A DNA stretch of 64,000 bases from an uncultured virus (IMG/VR IMGVR_UViG_3300010885_055091) (taxonomy: Duplodnaviria > Heunggongvirae > Uroviricota > Caudoviricetes): positions 1 to 64,000 of the IMG/VR virus record IMGVR_UViG_3300010885_055091, one strand, 5' to 3'. A program made the translations under genes and the position numbers. Every line of letters begins with the position of its first letter. The first letter of the stretch is position 1. The notes beneath the pieces were generated by a model, which was not told the origin of the DNA, did no database searches, and was given only the letters and a program-made list of their open reading frames with translations. Of this stretch, positions 43,824-53,900 are shown piece by piece.

Positions 43824-44471
43824 ATGCCAAAAGAGATATTCAATAAAATGGGTTTTAATAACACTGCCACCATGAGTAGCACGATGGTAGAGTCCCTTTT
43901 TGGTATTAGCGGCGAGATTTTTTGGGAGTTAATAGATTCAAGGACAGGTGAGACCACCAAGGGTCATATCAAAAACATAGTCACACTAGATGCAGGAATC
44001 CTGGTGGCTAGACTAATGAAATCTACGGCTACCCCAAATGTGTCCGAGCCGAAATTCGGAGTATATGCTTTAGCAGTAGGAACCGGTGATGTTGGCTGGA
44101 ATCAAATGAACCCACCTCCTGCTAATGTTTACCAGCGTTCTCTATATAATGAAATTGCTCGGAAAACCGTTGCTTCATCCTCATTTATAGACTCGGCAGG
44201 AGCTATTAGTGGTGTTCCTTCGCACGTAGTAGACTTTAATATTACTTTCGCAGATAATGAGGCAGTCGGACCTCTTACTGAGATGGGATTACTGGGGGGA
44301 GATATTAATACTAATATGTCTATCCGCAATCCGGTTATGCCTCCGAATGGGTCATATGATCCCACAGCGGATGTTACTGGGAAAGATACCCTTTGCAATT
44401 ATGTTACCTTCCCAGTATTAAACAAGCCACCGAGCAGTACTTTAAGCTGGACTTGGCGCTTAACTTTTTAG
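43824..44471 (+). CDS. Tail collar / fibre-attachment protein
   Basis: KNIVTLDAG..YALAVGTG..LYNEIARK..EAVGPLTEMGL pattern of tail-collar fibre N-terminal domains. Confidence 0.65.
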   Translation: MPKEIFNKMGFNNTATMSSTMVESLFGISGEIFWELIDSRTGETTKGHIKNIVTLDAGILVARLMKSTATPNVSEPKFGVYALAVGTGDVGWNQMNPPPANVYQRSLYNEIARKTVASSSFIDSAGAISGVPSHVVDFNITFADNEAVGPLTEMGLLGGDINTNMSIRNPVMPPNGSYDPTADVTGKDTLCNYVTFPVLNKPPSSTLSWTWRLTF

Positions 44472-44487
44472 TGTATATTTAATATGT
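44456..44487 (+). repeat. Repeat A copy 1 (32-bp perfect direct repeat)
   Basis: gcgcttaactttttagtgtatatttaatatgt, identical to 46399-46430. Confidence 0.95.
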
Positions 44488-46384
44488 GAGAAAAGACATT
44501 TCCGGATTATTAGTTCATATAGATTTAGATGCGACAGAATTAAAATTTGGCGTCTTAAAAGACAATCAGTCAAGATGTGTCGTGTCTTGCCATGGGTGTC
44601 TAGAGACTCATGACTCTAAGATAATACTCTTAAAGAGTCATATTTCAAAAAGGGAATTTTATTACTGTAGTAGCTGTTTAGGCAAAATGTCTTGGACAGA
44701 GGAAAAGAAGAAGAAAATTAAAGATTACTGGTCAGTCCCTGAAAATATATTGAAGGAGCATGAAATTAGAAAGGATAAATGGAAAAACGGAAAATATAGG
44801 TCTCAGATGGAAAATATTATCCAAGAAAGGTCTGCGACTCCAGCATTCAAGAATAAAATGTCCGTTTTATCTTTAAAGAAGTGGGAGGACCCTTCTTACC
44901 ACTTAAATATCTCTGACCAGATTAAAAATAAGTGGGAAGACCCGGAATATCGTAATAAGCAGGAAGCTTATAAAACAGATGAGTGGAAGTCTGAGCATTC
45001 AAAAACGCAGACGTTACTTTGGACTGATGAAAGCTATAAACAGAACATATCACGTAAAATATCGGAAGCATGGAATGATGACGAATATAGGAATAATCAA
45101 GTAATTAAGCAGACACAGGTTTGGCTGAATCCTGATCATAAAGAAAAACAGTCACGCATGATGAAAGAAAAATGGAAAGATCCTTCTTTCAGAGCGAAAT
45201 ATGAAAATCTTTGGAAGTCTAAGTCATGGCGGAAAAACCTTTCCGACACTTTAAAGAAAATATGTAGTAATCCAGAATATAAAGCAAAATTAAGTGAAAC
45301 CTCGAAATCTAGATGGGGAAATCCAGAATATAGAGAAAAAGTATCAAAAGGGGTTAGTCGGGCGTGGGATGACCCCGATTACAGGCAAAATAAGGCAGAA
45401 AGTGCTAAGGCTTTTTGGGATAACGAAGATAATCGGCAAAAATTTGCATTAATTAGAGCTGCTCAATCTGGACGTCGTTCTAATATTGAAAAAATAGTAA
45501 GCGAAATTTTAAAGGGATTAAATATTAATTTTGAAGAACAAAAAGCTCTTGGTGTTTATGTTTTTGATTTTTATCTCAATGAATATGATTTATATATAGA
45601 ATGCCAGGGGGAATATTGGCATTCTTTGCCTGGTAGAAAAGAAAGAGATGCCGCAAAGTATACTTATCTTGAGAAGGCAGCTCCCAAGTCCAGAATTTTA
45701 TATCTATATGAACATGAATTTATAAATCCCAATACTATATTATCTAAATTAATGAATGCCACGATACCACAAAACATGCCAGGTAATGACTTTATTGAAA
45801 GCTTCAGATTTCAGGATCTGCTTATTAAGACAGTAGAAAGAGAGGAAGGAGCAAGTTTTTTAAATGCTTTTCACTATGCGGCGAATGGTAGGGCCGGGAA
45901 AAGTATTTATGGAGTCTATTTGGGTAGTGTGTTGATTGCTGTAGCGAAGTTTTCTTCCGTAATACGCCAAGAATCAGCTTCGTCATTAGGACTTCATCCG
46001 AAGAATGTTTGTGAATTGGATAGATTCTGCATTCATCCTAGATATCATAAACGAAATTTCGCTAGTTGGGTTTTGTCTAGAGTGACTAAAATGGTATTAA
46101 GTGACACTAGAATAAATTATATAATATCATTTGCAGATAGTACCTATGGACATAATGGAACCATCTATAAAGCAGCCAATTGGGGGTACGTAAGTAATGT
46201 TAAGGCTGATTATTATTATGTGAATGAAGAAGGGTTTATCCTCCACAAGAAAACTCTTTATAATAGAGCAGTGAAGATGAAATGTACCGAAAAACAATAT
46301 GCTGAAACACATAATTACATGAAATGCTGGGGCCGAGAAAAGTTCAAATTCATATACCCACGAATAGTAAAGACACTCTCCTAA
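44486..46384 (+). CDS. Fusion protein: Zn ribbon + Trp helical repeats + Vsr/DUF559-like endonuclease + Mom-like GNAT domain
   Basis: CHGC/CSSC; about a dozen W.DP.Y-type repeats; EQKALGVYVFDFYL..IECQGEYWHSL..ERD..K; FLNAFHY..ELDRFC..NFAS..ISFADSTYGHNGTIYKAANW. Confidence 0.75.
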   Translation: MRKDISGLLVHIDLDATELKFGVLKDNQSRCVVSCHGCLETHDSKIILLKSHISKREFYYCSSCLGKMSWTEEKKKKIKDYWSVPENILKEHEIRKDKWKNGKYRSQMENIIQERSATPAFKNKMSVLSLKKWEDPSYHLNISDQIKNKWEDPEYRNKQEAYKTDEWKSEHSKTQTLLWTDESYKQNISRKISEAWNDDEYRNNQVIKQTQVWLNPDHKEKQSRMMKEKWKDPSFRAKYENLWKSKSWRKNLSDTLKKICSNPEYKAKLSETSKSRWGNPEYREKVSKGVSRAWDDPDYRQNKAESAKAFWDNEDNRQKFALIRAAQSGRRSNIEKIVSEILKGLNINFEEQKALGVYVFDFYLNEYDLYIECQGEYWHSLPGRKERDAAKYTYLEKAAPKSRILYLYEHEFINPNTILSKLMNATIPQNMPGNDFIESFRFQDLLIKTVEREEGASFLNAFHYAANGRAGKSIYGVYLGSVLIAVAKFSSVIRQESASSLGLHPKNVCELDRFCIHPRYHKRNFASWVLSRVTKMVLSDTRINYIISFADSTYGHNGTIYKAANWGYVSNVKADYYYVNEEGFILHKKTLYNRAVKMKCTEKQYAETHNYMKCWGREKFKFIYPRIVKTLS

Positions 46385-46398
46385 CCAAAATATATATA
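46312..46398 (+). repeat. Repeat B copy 1 (3' end of the nuclease/Mom gene)
   Basis: 87 nt aligning to 47174-47259 with 6 substitutions and 1 indel. Confidence 0.9.
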
Positions 46399-46430
46399 GC
46401 GCTTAACTTTTTAGTGTATATTTAATATGT
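46399..46430 (+). repeat. Repeat A copy 2
   Basis: Identical to 44456-44487; supplies the ATG of 46427..46897. Confidence 0.95.
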
Positions 46431-46897
46431 TTGAATTGACTGAATCAAGGTGGTGGTATTATCATGATTCTACGGCACATTTCACATTTGATGGTATTTT
46501 CGACGGGGAATCCTTCGTATTTGTAGTTCCAGTCAAATATAGTTTTTCTACAGAGGAAGATTCATATGGACTGATCCTTAACGTTCTTATCCCTGATGAG
46601 TCAGAATGTACCACTGGTGGCACTCTCAAATTAGATGGTGTTGAGGTCCCCAGAAGTGATGAACGTCATAAGAGATTCTTGAAGGAAAAAGACCTCAGCA
46701 ACAAGCAGATCGGATGGTCTGCTTTATCTGATCAACTCCTTGAGTTCGTTACCGCTAATGTGGAGGCGTTGAACGAGAGATTAAGGGATGAGCGGGCCGA
46801 TGACGAAGCTTATTGTGTGGAGCAGTGCCTCAAAGATCGCGCGCCGACCGATGACCTCCTCGCGCGCTTGAAGAAGCCCGATTCATTGTCGAACTAG
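46427..46897 (+). CDS. Hypothetical acidic protein (accessory cassette)
   Basis: 156-aa ORF starting inside repeat A copy 2. Confidence 0.7.
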   Translation: MFELTESRWWYYHDSTAHFTFDGIFDGESFVFVVPVKYSFSTEEDSYGLILNVLIPDESECTTGGTLKLDGVEVPRSDERHKRFLKEKDLSNKQIGWSALSDQLLEFVTANVEALNERLRDERADDEAYCVEQCLKDRAPTDDLLARLKKPDSLSN

Positions 46898-47136
46898 ATC
46901 AATTGTGGATCCAAATGAGCGATCTTTGGAATTCATCTATTGCTCTATCATGATTTACATTTCTGCTAAAAAATTGAATGAAGGTACGTGAAGAGTTTTT
47001 CAGATATTGATTCATGAAGCTTGACGCTTGAACGGAGCGAAGCTAAACTTGCCGAAGCAAACCTGAACGAGCTGCCGTGGTTATTTTAGAGACGTTTAAA
47101 GATATAACGAGTTTTAGGAAGCTCTTTAAATTTACA

Positions 47137-47169
47137 AGACCATGAAGAGCCACATGGTCTGCTTCTTTC
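47137..47169 (+). terminator. Possible terminator hairpin
   Basis: agaccatg / catggtct 8-bp arms, 8-nt loop, followed by gcttctttc. Confidence 0.35.
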
Positions 47170-47173
47170 AGCC

Positions 47174-47259
47174 TAATTACAAGAAATGCTGGGCCGAGAG
47201 AAGTCCAAATTCGTATATCCACGAATAGTAAAGACACTCTCCTAACCAAAGTATATATA
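47174..47259 (+). repeat. Repeat B copy 2 (degenerate, non-coding)
   Basis: Shares the identical core ccacgaatagtaaagacactctcctaaccaaa with copy 1. Confidence 0.9.
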
Positions 47260-47327
47260 TTTTTAACCTATTTCAGGTGTAAAGTATGTAGGCTCTGATT
47301 TTTAAACAGAGTGGAAAAAGAGGAAAT

Positions 47328-47621
47328 ATGACTAAAAAAGAACTGATTTCATCACTTGCTGCTTCAGCTGAACTGACTCACAACGATATTGCTAAGGTGC
47401 TCAAAGGCCTTACTGATGTTTGTCTGGATGAATTGAAGACGAACAAGTCTTTCGTTCTTAACGATATGGTTCGACTCCGTTTAGTGGATAAGCCCGCTCT
47501 TCCGGCGCGTCAAATGAAGAGTCCTGCTACTGGTCAGATGATCAGTGTCCCGGCGAAGCCAGCAAGCAAGAAGCTCAAGGTGACTGTTGCAAAGCAGCTC
47601 CGAGATCTTGTTAAGGGCTGA
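47328..47621 (+). CDS. hup: HU/IHF family (DNABII) DNA-binding protein
   Basis: MTKKELISSLA...PARQMKSPATGQMISVPAKPASKKLKVTVAKQLRDLV; SD gagga. Confidence 0.9.
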   Translation: MTKKELISSLAASAELTHNDIAKVLKGLTDVCLDELKTNKSFVLNDMVRLRLVDKPALPARQMKSPATGQMISVPAKPASKKLKVTVAKQLRDLVKG

Positions 47622-47655
47622 TTTCTGCCCGATAAACCTTCTTTGGCCTGGATGA

Positions 47656-50217
47656 ATGATGGGCGGTTATGAGAATTTAGGGCCAATCATAAGCCAAAAC
47701 CCCCAGGCGGTAACGCCTGGGGGCGGTAGTTATTCAGCTGATGAGAGATCATATGATTCCGTAGTATTCCAGCAGAATCATCCGCCAATGGACTGGGAGA
47801 TGAATCTCATCCAGTCTGTGGTCGGCAATGCTGGTCTTAGAAATCTAGCTTCTAAATTATTCAGCAGTACGTTCATATCCGGAAACGTATTAGAATCAAA
47901 TGCTCCAGGAGCATTTTACGAATTTTTACCAGCAGTAGCTGGTAATGAAAACATTATTAGATTTTCGGCTTGTGATTTATTAGTAAACGGTTGGGCTCTT
48001 CGTTTAGAATATTCAAATACTGATGTCGATGGTAAGAACTTAGTTCAATTAACTGCTCCACCATTAACCGGTATTAGGCAGGATCTTCTAATATTAGAAG
48101 TATGGAGAGCACTGCTTTCTCCTCTCCCTTCTGTAGATAACAAGAGTCTGGGTGGCTTGATACTACGAAATGGTAATGCCAATGCTCCTGATACAGTAAA
48201 CTTATCGGATGACCTAATAGACCCGAATTATCTAGCAGAGACATCTAGAAGAGTTCAGATTCAGTATAGGATTCGCATCATAGAATCGGTAGACATTCTT
48301 TCCTATCCTGACGGCTTGGGCGATCCATCAATTACTGCACATACGGTTCCATATCTTGGCGGTTCTGATGTAAATGGAAATGATTTGCCTGCGTACGTCT
48401 ACACTGCCGTAGCTGGAGACTCAGGATTATGGCGTTCCGGGGCTGGAGACGCTGCTTCAGCCACTGATATAGGGTCAGTCGATGGCTATATATGTTCATT
48501 ACCATTGTGTGTCGTAGTCAGACGTAATTCCGACACTTGGGACAAAACCACAAATCTCAATGGTGGGGTATTAATCGGTGGAGTCAGTCCTCGACCAGAC
48601 GGTTTATTTTCTGATCAGATAGCCTCGGGGGACCTAATAGATCTGAGAAAATATACTGCCTGGAATGCACAAGAATTCAAGAATGATGCTGTCGATGCAT
48701 TAATGCAGAATTCCTTGTCCACCCAATATGAAGAATCTGCCTTGGGAACTGGCGGAAACACCTTCCTGATGAAGGATCCGATAGGTACTTCTTCACATAT
48801 TTGGGATGCGGATGGTGTTAGAACCTCATATTCAGATAAACCAGTGGTTCATCCAATTGCGTTGTCATTTACTATTCCAATGGCAACCAATACACTGACT
48901 TGTGATCTCACTATAAATGTTGATTTGCCATGGGCTTCAGGTATCAATATACTGGCAAATGCTCCTGCAGGAACCAATTTACTTAGCATTAGTAAATGCT
49001 TCATAAATGATGGCGTAGGAAACATTTATGATGCTTTTGATTCTTCCGTAGCCTATCACATATTAAACATAGTTTATTCTATTTCGGGAACGGAAATCGA
49101 TACAGCCACCATAGAATTTAACCAAAATATTCCTGTCGGGACTGTTTTTTTAGAAGCTTTGGTAGAATATCCACCAAATGTGGGCCTTTCTAGAAATGTC
49201 ATCTCAATAGATAAGGTCTGGGTTCCTAATAATTTTGATGCTTGGGTAGATACCTCGGAATTCACTGCCACATCAGATGCGGATCGTAGTAGCATAAATA
49301 CTTCTTTTAATATTGATTTAGTAAATAGACAGGTTACGTTCGCTTATCCCTCGAATCTCATAAGCGATACGTTTTATAACCACACTCTCTCTCAATTCAT
49401 GATCCCCGACTGTGTCGATGCAAGCAGCGTTGTGATTACAGGTAAAGCAGTGGTTGGGATTGAATATAATGCTGGTTGCACAGTCATAGAGTTTAATCCC
49501 CCTGAAATGGCTCTTGGTGTTGGACTAGCTGTCGATTATGTGGCTTATCGTCCACCAGTCCCATTAGGAATGGTGCCTTATGACTCTATCGATGTTTTTT
49601 ATCAAACTCGATCGATTCAATCGATACCAGTTCCAGTAGGAATGTATTCCCCATCATTTTATCGGCGTACAGATATTGAAAGAGTGTTCTTCATATCTTC
49701 CGGGTCTGGATCCTACGATTCAGCAGAATATGATGCTTCTACGCAATTAGCGATACCAAGACTTCCAATAGTCGATTATTCCGACAGTTTATTCTCTGGA
49801 TACCATGAGTCTTCTGTCGTAACAAACGGTAATGATAATGGGATCAGTGAAGTCTTAGTGACTGAGAAATCCTATTTGGCTTCTGACGGCTTTTATCTTT
49901 CTACCGCAGGTGGAACTACACAAGATGCTGATGGTAGGAATTACTGGCCTTACTCGCCCAATATAATATTAAAAGCATTTAATGCTACTGATTTCAACAT
50001 AAGCACTCGTCGTAAATTAGCTAGTGATTTCGTCTTGGAGCTTAAGGAAGATTTCCCATCACTTGGAAGGAAAGGAAGTCTTTATCTGGCTATGGCTACG
50101 GGTTATTCATATAACTCTCGCATAAATAAAATACATACTTCAGATTCAGTAGAACTTGACGGAGTTTCCCTCTTCAGATTAAGGGGAAACCCACTTTATT
50201 ATCGGAGGTCCTCTTGA
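47656..50217 (+). CDS. Tail fibre proximal/connector-like protein (DUF4815-like N-terminus), paralogue 1
   Basis: YDSVVFQQNHPPMDWEMNLIQ, LEVWR, RVQIQYRIR, RPDGLFSDQI shared with 50927..55558. Confidence 0.65.
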   Translation: MMGGYENLGPIISQNPQAVTPGGGSYSADERSYDSVVFQQNHPPMDWEMNLIQSVVGNAGLRNLASKLFSSTFISGNVLESNAPGAFYEFLPAVAGNENIIRFSACDLLVNGWALRLEYSNTDVDGKNLVQLTAPPLTGIRQDLLILEVWRALLSPLPSVDNKSLGGLILRNGNANAPDTVNLSDDLIDPNYLAETSRRVQIQYRIRIIESVDILSYPDGLGDPSITAHTVPYLGGSDVNGNDLPAYVYTAVAGDSGLWRSGAGDAASATDIGSVDGYICSLPLCVVVRRNSDTWDKTTNLNGGVLIGGVSPRPDGLFSDQIASGDLIDLRKYTAWNAQEFKNDAVDALMQNSLSTQYEESALGTGGNTFLMKDPIGTSSHIWDADGVRTSYSDKPVVHPIALSFTIPMATNTLTCDLTINVDLPWASGINILANAPAGTNLLSISKCFINDGVGNIYDAFDSSVAYHILNIVYSISGTEIDTATIEFNQNIPVGTVFLEALVEYPPNVGLSRNVISIDKVWVPNNFDAWVDTSEFTATSDADRSSINTSFNIDLVNRQVTFAYPSNLISDTFYNHTLSQFMIPDCVDASSVVITGKAVVGIEYNAGCTVIEFNPPEMALGVGLAVDYVAYRPPVPLGMVPYDSIDVFYQTRSIQSIPVPVGMYSPSFYRRTDIERVFFISSGSGSYDSAEYDASTQLAIPRLPIVDYSDSLFSGYHESSVVTNGNDNGISEVLVTEKSYLASDGFYLSTAGGTTQDADGRNYWPYSPNIILKAFNATDFNISTRRKLASDFVLELKEDFPSLGRKGSLYLAMATGYSYNSRINKIHTSDSVELDGVSLFRLRGNPLYYRRSS

Positions 50218-50864
50218 AATTTTTAGTCGATAAATTCACGGGCTCCATTTCTGGGGCTTATTCCGATATTGATAATAAACCCGTATCTGGAGCAATGATA
50301 ATTAGTGTTCCTTCCGACTTTAAATTCAATATAGATCCTACTATAGATAGTCCTACTTTATCTGATTTGTTGACCCAAAAATATGCCAACATTTCTGATA
50401 AAGTCAGCGGCATTTTTCCATACACCAATACGGTAAATCAGGAATTCATTGACCCTTCTGCAATATTGAACACTGCATATTCTAACTTATATTCCATAGG
50501 ACCAAATAGACGGACCGTCCTAAAGCCTACAGGTATCCTATCTGTAGGAACTGCTGGCTCAGGTTATAGCTTTGCTAATATACCGACCGATTTTTATTGT
50601 GAGTATAATGTTTACGAAATAACTGCTGATTCTAACGGTAATGCGTGGGGTCCACCAGTCTACAGGGTTAACACATCTTTTGATCCTATTATGGATGTTG
50701 AATTTCGCTTGCTGGACAATACGGGCGCAGATTTACAAACTCTTGTGTCTGGCTATAATCAGGCTAGTGTCGGTATGTACACGGGGGATTTTTTGGTGGG
50801 AATCGAAAATCTCAGTACACGCACTTTTGTATTATCAGATTTTTGTTTGTATTGGAAAGAGTAA
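50214..50864 (+). CDS. Hypothetical virion protein
   Basis: 216 aa; TTGA overlap and GGAGG upstream. Confidence 0.7.
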   Translation: MKFLVDKFTGSISGAYSDIDNKPVSGAMIISVPSDFKFNIDPTIDSPTLSDLLTQKYANISDKVSGIFPYTNTVNQEFIDPSAILNTAYSNLYSIGPNRRTVLKPTGILSVGTAGSGYSFANIPTDFYCEYNVYEITADSNGNAWGPPVYRVNTSFDPIMDVEFRLLDNTGADLQTLVSGYNQASVGMYTGDFLVGIENLSTRTFVLSDFCLYWKE

Positions 50865-50926
50865 AGTACACTTAAGGTCGCATCATTCCTAGATGCATAC
50901 CCTTATGATGACGGAGACTATTTGAA

Positions 50927-53900
50927 ATGCCCATTAATCCACTCGGAGCCGGAGTAAGCAGATACATTAATGATAGAGACCGGCAGTATGCTGCTGTAGT
51001 TTTTCAGGTTGGTAAGCCACCCCTGGATTCTGAATTAAATTTAATATCTCTCATTGATTTAGAGTCCAAAGCTGAGGAAGCACGCAGCCGCGTGGCATCC
51101 GGCTGGCTGATGAATGAAATAAACCCTTATGCTGATTTCTTAACCCGGCCAGAATTTTCGAATCAGTTTTATTTCGGTAATAACTTCGCTGGAGAGTCCC
51201 GCAATATCACTTGGGCCATAGTAAATGGATGGCCCATACCTGTAGCAGGTACCAAAACGGGCGCTCCTCCATTAGCTGCTAATAATGTCGACTATTGGAA
51301 TCGAATTACCCTAAACCCTCCATCCACTTCTACTGGCGGCAATAGAGCAGAATTTGCTTTTCTAGAAGTTTGGCTTCAGCGTGTTGATGTAGACCCAGCA
51401 GCACCAGCGATTGCTCCTGGAAAACCGCTACGTGGTTATATATATAAATTTGGCAATGTAGAGGGTGGATTTTCCCCACTGCCAGATGAATTGGTAGACC
51501 CCGACATTAATTTTGAGACCACCAAGCGTGTTCAAATACAATACAGAATCCGCGTTGTTGCTGATATTAATTTAGTATCCAATCCCGAGGGATTCGATCC
51601 TACATTAGTGTTTGCTCAGGGTAGCCTTTCAGGCCCGTCAGTCGTTCCATTCTCCAATATGCGAGAAGCCTTAGGCGACCCAGGATTGTGGCGTGCTGGA
51701 ACCGGCGACCCAACTACTTTCGGAACTGCAGATGGGTTCGTATATGCTATACCGATTTGTGGTGTTTTTAGAAGAAATGCTGCGGGATTCAGCGACGTCG
51801 GTAACTTAGCTGGTTCATTTAATAGAAATTCAAAGGCTTTAACGCGGGTGAATGCACTCACATTTACCGCTCCCATCGCCTTGCAAGCTAGTTTATCCTC
51901 TTTCGCTACTAGCTTTTCCATAGCCAGCATATCCGGAACTCCTCTAGATACCTTGACCTCATTTGGTGAGGCATACTTTAGAATAGATGATGAGATAGTA
52001 AGAGTCACCAGCGTAATTCAGATATCAGCCATAAATTATACAATCAATATTGAAAGAGGGCAACTTAATACAATAGCACGCTCACATTTATTCGGGACCG
52101 AGTTATTTATATATACTGTTCGGCCAGACGGGTTGTTTGCGGATCAGGTGTCCAATACTGATATTTTAGACTTGCGTCACTCAATAGCTGATAAATTTGA
52201 TTATGATAGCATACTTCAATCTAACGTCGTAGAATTACTCAAAGGAAACCTACGAAGTACCTGGAAGAGGTACGGCACAACCAACACTGCTGGTCCAGTA
52301 ATCCTATATGGTGATAGAATCACAGATTCTTCAATATTTACGGGCGGTCTTACTAGACTAGATGCTCCAGATGGTAATCGCAGAGCATACTCAGATGCCT
52401 CTGTAATGCAAAAATTCGTATTACCCGTCACAGTTCCTAGCAATTCCCTCACACTAGGGAATAATATCCAGACCACTGTCAGTCCATATACTGGGACAGT
52501 AGTATGGTCCGGATCAGCTCCCGCTCACCCAACTGGTAGCCGACTTAACGGTACTTACCCAACTTGGTGGAACGGCGACCAAATCACGGTAAACATACTT
52601 CCATTCCAAAATGGTGTTTCGATTGCTGATGCAAATCAGATAAGATTTATTACCCCATCAGAATTATCGGATTCTATCCTCGTTAGATTCGAGGGAATGA
52701 CATCTGATCCTAACGGGGGTGATCCACTAGAATTACCCCCAACCGCTCCAACAGCTTCGGACCCTTATTTAAACATCCCGATTTCTGGTCAAAGAATACT
52801 TAGAAACGGACAAGGAATCAGTGTAGTCGTTGATGGTTCCGGTAATCTAGTGATTACTTTAGCTAGCGGCGCTATCGATTCTGAATTCCAAGAATTCGTA
52901 GATGCTATTCAGGGAGAAACCGATCCAGGTCGAGTATCTCAGTACAAGATGTATGTGGAGTTTACTGTTCTATATGGAACTGGTCGTGGTCTATCTCACC
53001 GACCCGACTGGATCCATATGGTCCAGTATAGAGGAACCCCGACTAACGTAACAAAGACTCTACGTCGTAGTGGTCTTTCTACACTGTCGCCAATGGTACC
53101 TACCTACATAGGCGATTCTCCATTAGTTCAGACCGGAAACGATCGTAATTTAGCCAAAACGTCGGAGGTCATGTTTGATCCCGGCTCTAAAACTGTTTAC
53201 GTCGCTCCATACAGAATGCTGACCATTCCTCCTCTGGTTGCCAGGAATGGTGCTCTACTAAATTGGTATAATGGTGGAGCGAACACCCAAGGCTCAATGC
53301 CGCAATTAGACCAGGATGGCGTGAATACCGTTCATCCTGTTGTTGATCCCCTTACACTCTTCTTCACGGGGTCTGTTACTAAGTATGTCGAATTACCATT
53401 CCAGTACTTACCAAAACCAGGATTTCATTATGTTCCAATAGTTCCGATTACTGATTTGGTATATTCATCAGGTATCAATTTCCTAATGAAGTCGAGCCAG
53501 GGAGTTGTAGGAAATACTCCGGACTATAACCGAAATTATGTCTCCTACCCAGCCAATACCCCCGGTTACTATATAGTGACACCGGAAGTAGGAGAAGTGT
53601 ATGGAAATAGCAACGGTAATAAATCCATATACGGTGAAAAGATAACGATAGAAAAGGTAACAGGTAGAGAGGGACAGGCTTTTAAGGGAATCAAATTTCC
53701 ACCCTTCTTAGGACCGGCAAGAATTACTGGCATTTATCTCAGAAGTGGTCTTGATGTCTCTCCCGCTTCCACTCCCTTTAATAATGACCGAATATTTATT
53801 GGTGGGATAGGGACAGACGTCAATCTTCTGCGAGACAGCTTCGACGGACCAACGTTCCTCTTGGACGTTGATACGAACGGGGATCTATACTTTGTATTAA

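Noticed and set aside
47043..47249. 68-aa - strand ORF
   Set aside because: Partly the reverse complement of repeat B'; no recognisable motif or RBS.
46312..47259. B/B' pair as a DGR variable/template repeat
   Set aside because: Differences are mixed (T/A, A/G, T/C, C/T and an indel), not adenine-specific in the putative template, and no reverse transcriptase is in the window.
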